A stretch of DNA of 7,556 nt from Octopus sinensis. Its lineage: Eukaryota. Numbering within the stretch: the stretch's first letter is position 1; every line of letters starts with the position of its first letter. The DNA is taken from positions 1 through 7,556 of the forward strand of contig NW_021828846.1 of NCBI RefSeq assembly GCF_006345805.1, in the 5' to 3' direction. The notes beneath the pieces were generated by a model. That model did not search any database and was not told where the DNA came from. It worked only from the letters and a program-made list of their open reading frames with translations. The translations under genes were made by a program, and so were the position numbers. Positions 6,169 to 7,556 of the stretch are shown here, in pieces.

Positions 6169-6306
6169 CGCTGATTGTTCGGTTCCGCAAATGTCTAAAT
6201 ATTTCTCTAAAGAATGAAAGCGAATAAATCAATTTAAAACCATTGAAAAAATCAGTAAAGTAATTAAAAGCACTAAAGAAGCAATAAAAAAAAATACGAA
6301 ACGGAC

Positions 6307-6388
6307 CGCTGCGGGCAGGATTCGAACCTGCGCGGGCATAACCCATTGGATTTCAAGTCCAACGCCTTAACCACTCGGCCACCACAGC
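6307..6388 (-). tRNA. tRNA-Ser-TGA: tRNA-Ser(TGA), copy 9
   Basis: As copy 1, but variable arm GGGTTATGCCC (T:G wobble). Confidence 0.95.
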
Positions 6389-6477
6389 AGCTGATAGAAG
6401 TGACCTACAAATATTATTTGATACGATTTTATTTAATTGATTAGCTTTCTATTTCTTTTCTTTTCTCTGTTTCTTTT

Positions 6478-6614
6478 GCTTCTTTCCCCAATCTCTCGTC
6501 AATCCGTTCACAAGATATTGATCAGCCCAAAGCTTTAGTAGAAGACACTTGCCGAAGACGCCACGTCGTAGAATCGAACTAGAGATCACGCAGTTGCGAA
6601 GCAAAATTCTTAGC
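6478..6614 (-). mobile_element. Old diverged SINE head/core (L spacer 5)
   Basis: Paralog of 1699-1835. Confidence 0.8.
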
Positions 6615-6655
6615 TTGAAAAGTTTTTTTTAAATATTTTAAAAAAGCGAATAAGT

Positions 6656-7069
6656 GGCAGGAGTGGCTGTGTGGTAAGTAGCTTGCTAACCAACCACATG
6701 GTTCCGGGTTCAGTCCCACTGCGTGGCATCTTGAGCAAGTATCTTCTGCTATAGCCCCGGGCCGACCAAGGCCTTGTGAGTAGATTTGGTAGACGGAAAC
6801 TGAAAGAAGCCTGTCGTATATATGTATATATATACATATGTGTGTGTGTGTGTGTTTGTGTCTGTGTTTGTCCCCATAGCGTTGCTTGACAACCGATGCT
6901 GGTGCGTTTACGTCCCCGTCACTTAGCGGTTAGGCAAAAGAGACCGATAGAATAAGTACTGGGCTTACAAAGAATAACTCCCGGGATCGATTTGCTCGAC
7001 TAAAGGCGGTGCTCCAGCATGGCCGCAGTCAAATGACTGAAACAAGTAAAAGAGTAAAAGAGTAAAGAG
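6656..7069 (+). mobile_element. Young SINE D, single-headed
   Basis: Same site; TSD TAAGT at 6651-6655 and 7070-7074. Confidence 0.92.
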
Positions 7070-7149
7070 TAAGTCTTTGGAAAAGAAGTGGAGAAGTAAA
7101 ACTACAAAAAACAAAAAAAGAAATCGACAAAAAGACACCAAAACTATGT

Positions 7150-7231
7150 CGCTGCGGGCAGGATTCGAACCTGCGCGGGTACAACCCATTGGATTTCAAG
7201 TCCAACGCCTTAACCACTCGGCCACCACAGC
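7150..7231 (-). tRNA. tRNA-Ser-TGA: tRNA-Ser(TGA), copy 10
   Basis: Identical to copies 4, 6 and 7. Confidence 0.97.
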
Positions 7232-7303
7232 AGTTGATAGTGTGATCTACAAATGTCTAAATATTTTTCTGATTTAATTTTGAATTTCGTAACTGATTAA
7301 CTT

Positions 7304-7335
7304 TCACTTTCTTTCTCCTTCTCACTCTCGTACTT

Positions 7336-7368
<33 letters not shown>

Positions 7369-7435
7369 CTTCTCCTGTACTCTCTCTCTCATTCCCTCTC
7401 ACTGGCTCTCTTCCTTTTTCCTTTCTCAATCTCTT
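7304..7435. repeat. (CT)-rich polypyrimidine microsatellite
   Basis: Paralog of 5384-5520. Confidence 0.85.
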
Positions 7436-7498
7436 ACTATTTTTACTATTGCCTCTCACGTATATGTATATACGTATGCGTGTGTATATACATTTGTA

Positions 7499-7503
<5 letters not shown>

Positions 7504-7556
<53 letters not shown>
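7504..7556. repeat. (AT)n microsatellite running to the window end
   Basis: Perfect AT dinucleotide run of 53 bases. Confidence 0.95.

Larger units (their letters stand above)
1324..7503 (-). repeat. Irregular tandem tRNA-Ser gene array (10 copies)
   Basis: Start-to-start spacings of the tRNA copies: 1021, 602, 1022, 222, 831, 637, 220, 220, 843 bp, built from three homologous spacer types. Confidence 0.95.

Noticed and set aside
1532-7231. CRISPR-like repeat/spacer array or phage/integron att array
   Set aside because: The repeats are complete 82-bp eukaryotic tRNA genes, the spacers are long and homologous to each other, and there are no cas or integrase genes.

Overview
Non-coding, AT- and repeat-rich eukaryotic genomic DNA. 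The repeat families look like those of octopus (coleoid cephalopod); this is recognition from memory, not a database result. No credible protein-coding gene is present: the listed ORFs are translations of tRNA, SINE, MITE, flank or microsatellite sequence. Bases 1-1323 are mobile-element debris: two tRNA-derived SINE fragments, a ~290-bp foldback, and a MITE with ~29-bp TIRs and a duplicated left end. Bases ~1324-7556 are an irregular tandem array of ten 82-bp intronless tRNA-Ser genes, all on the minus strand: eight intact TGA, one CGA (anticodon shift) and one degenerate TGA. The spacers fall into three related types (L, S, M) and carry co-amplified SINEs: an old minus-strand head in every L spacer, a young plus-strand SINE with a TAAGT target-site duplication in four L spacers (two double-headed, two single-headed), one empty site, and two old 3' tails. 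The array shows higher-order duplications of ~1.62 kb and ~1.91 kb. I found no novel protein-based system. The interest lies in tRNA array evolution and tRNA-SINE interplay. Single-base claims need read-level confirmation because some copies show indels typical of long-read error.
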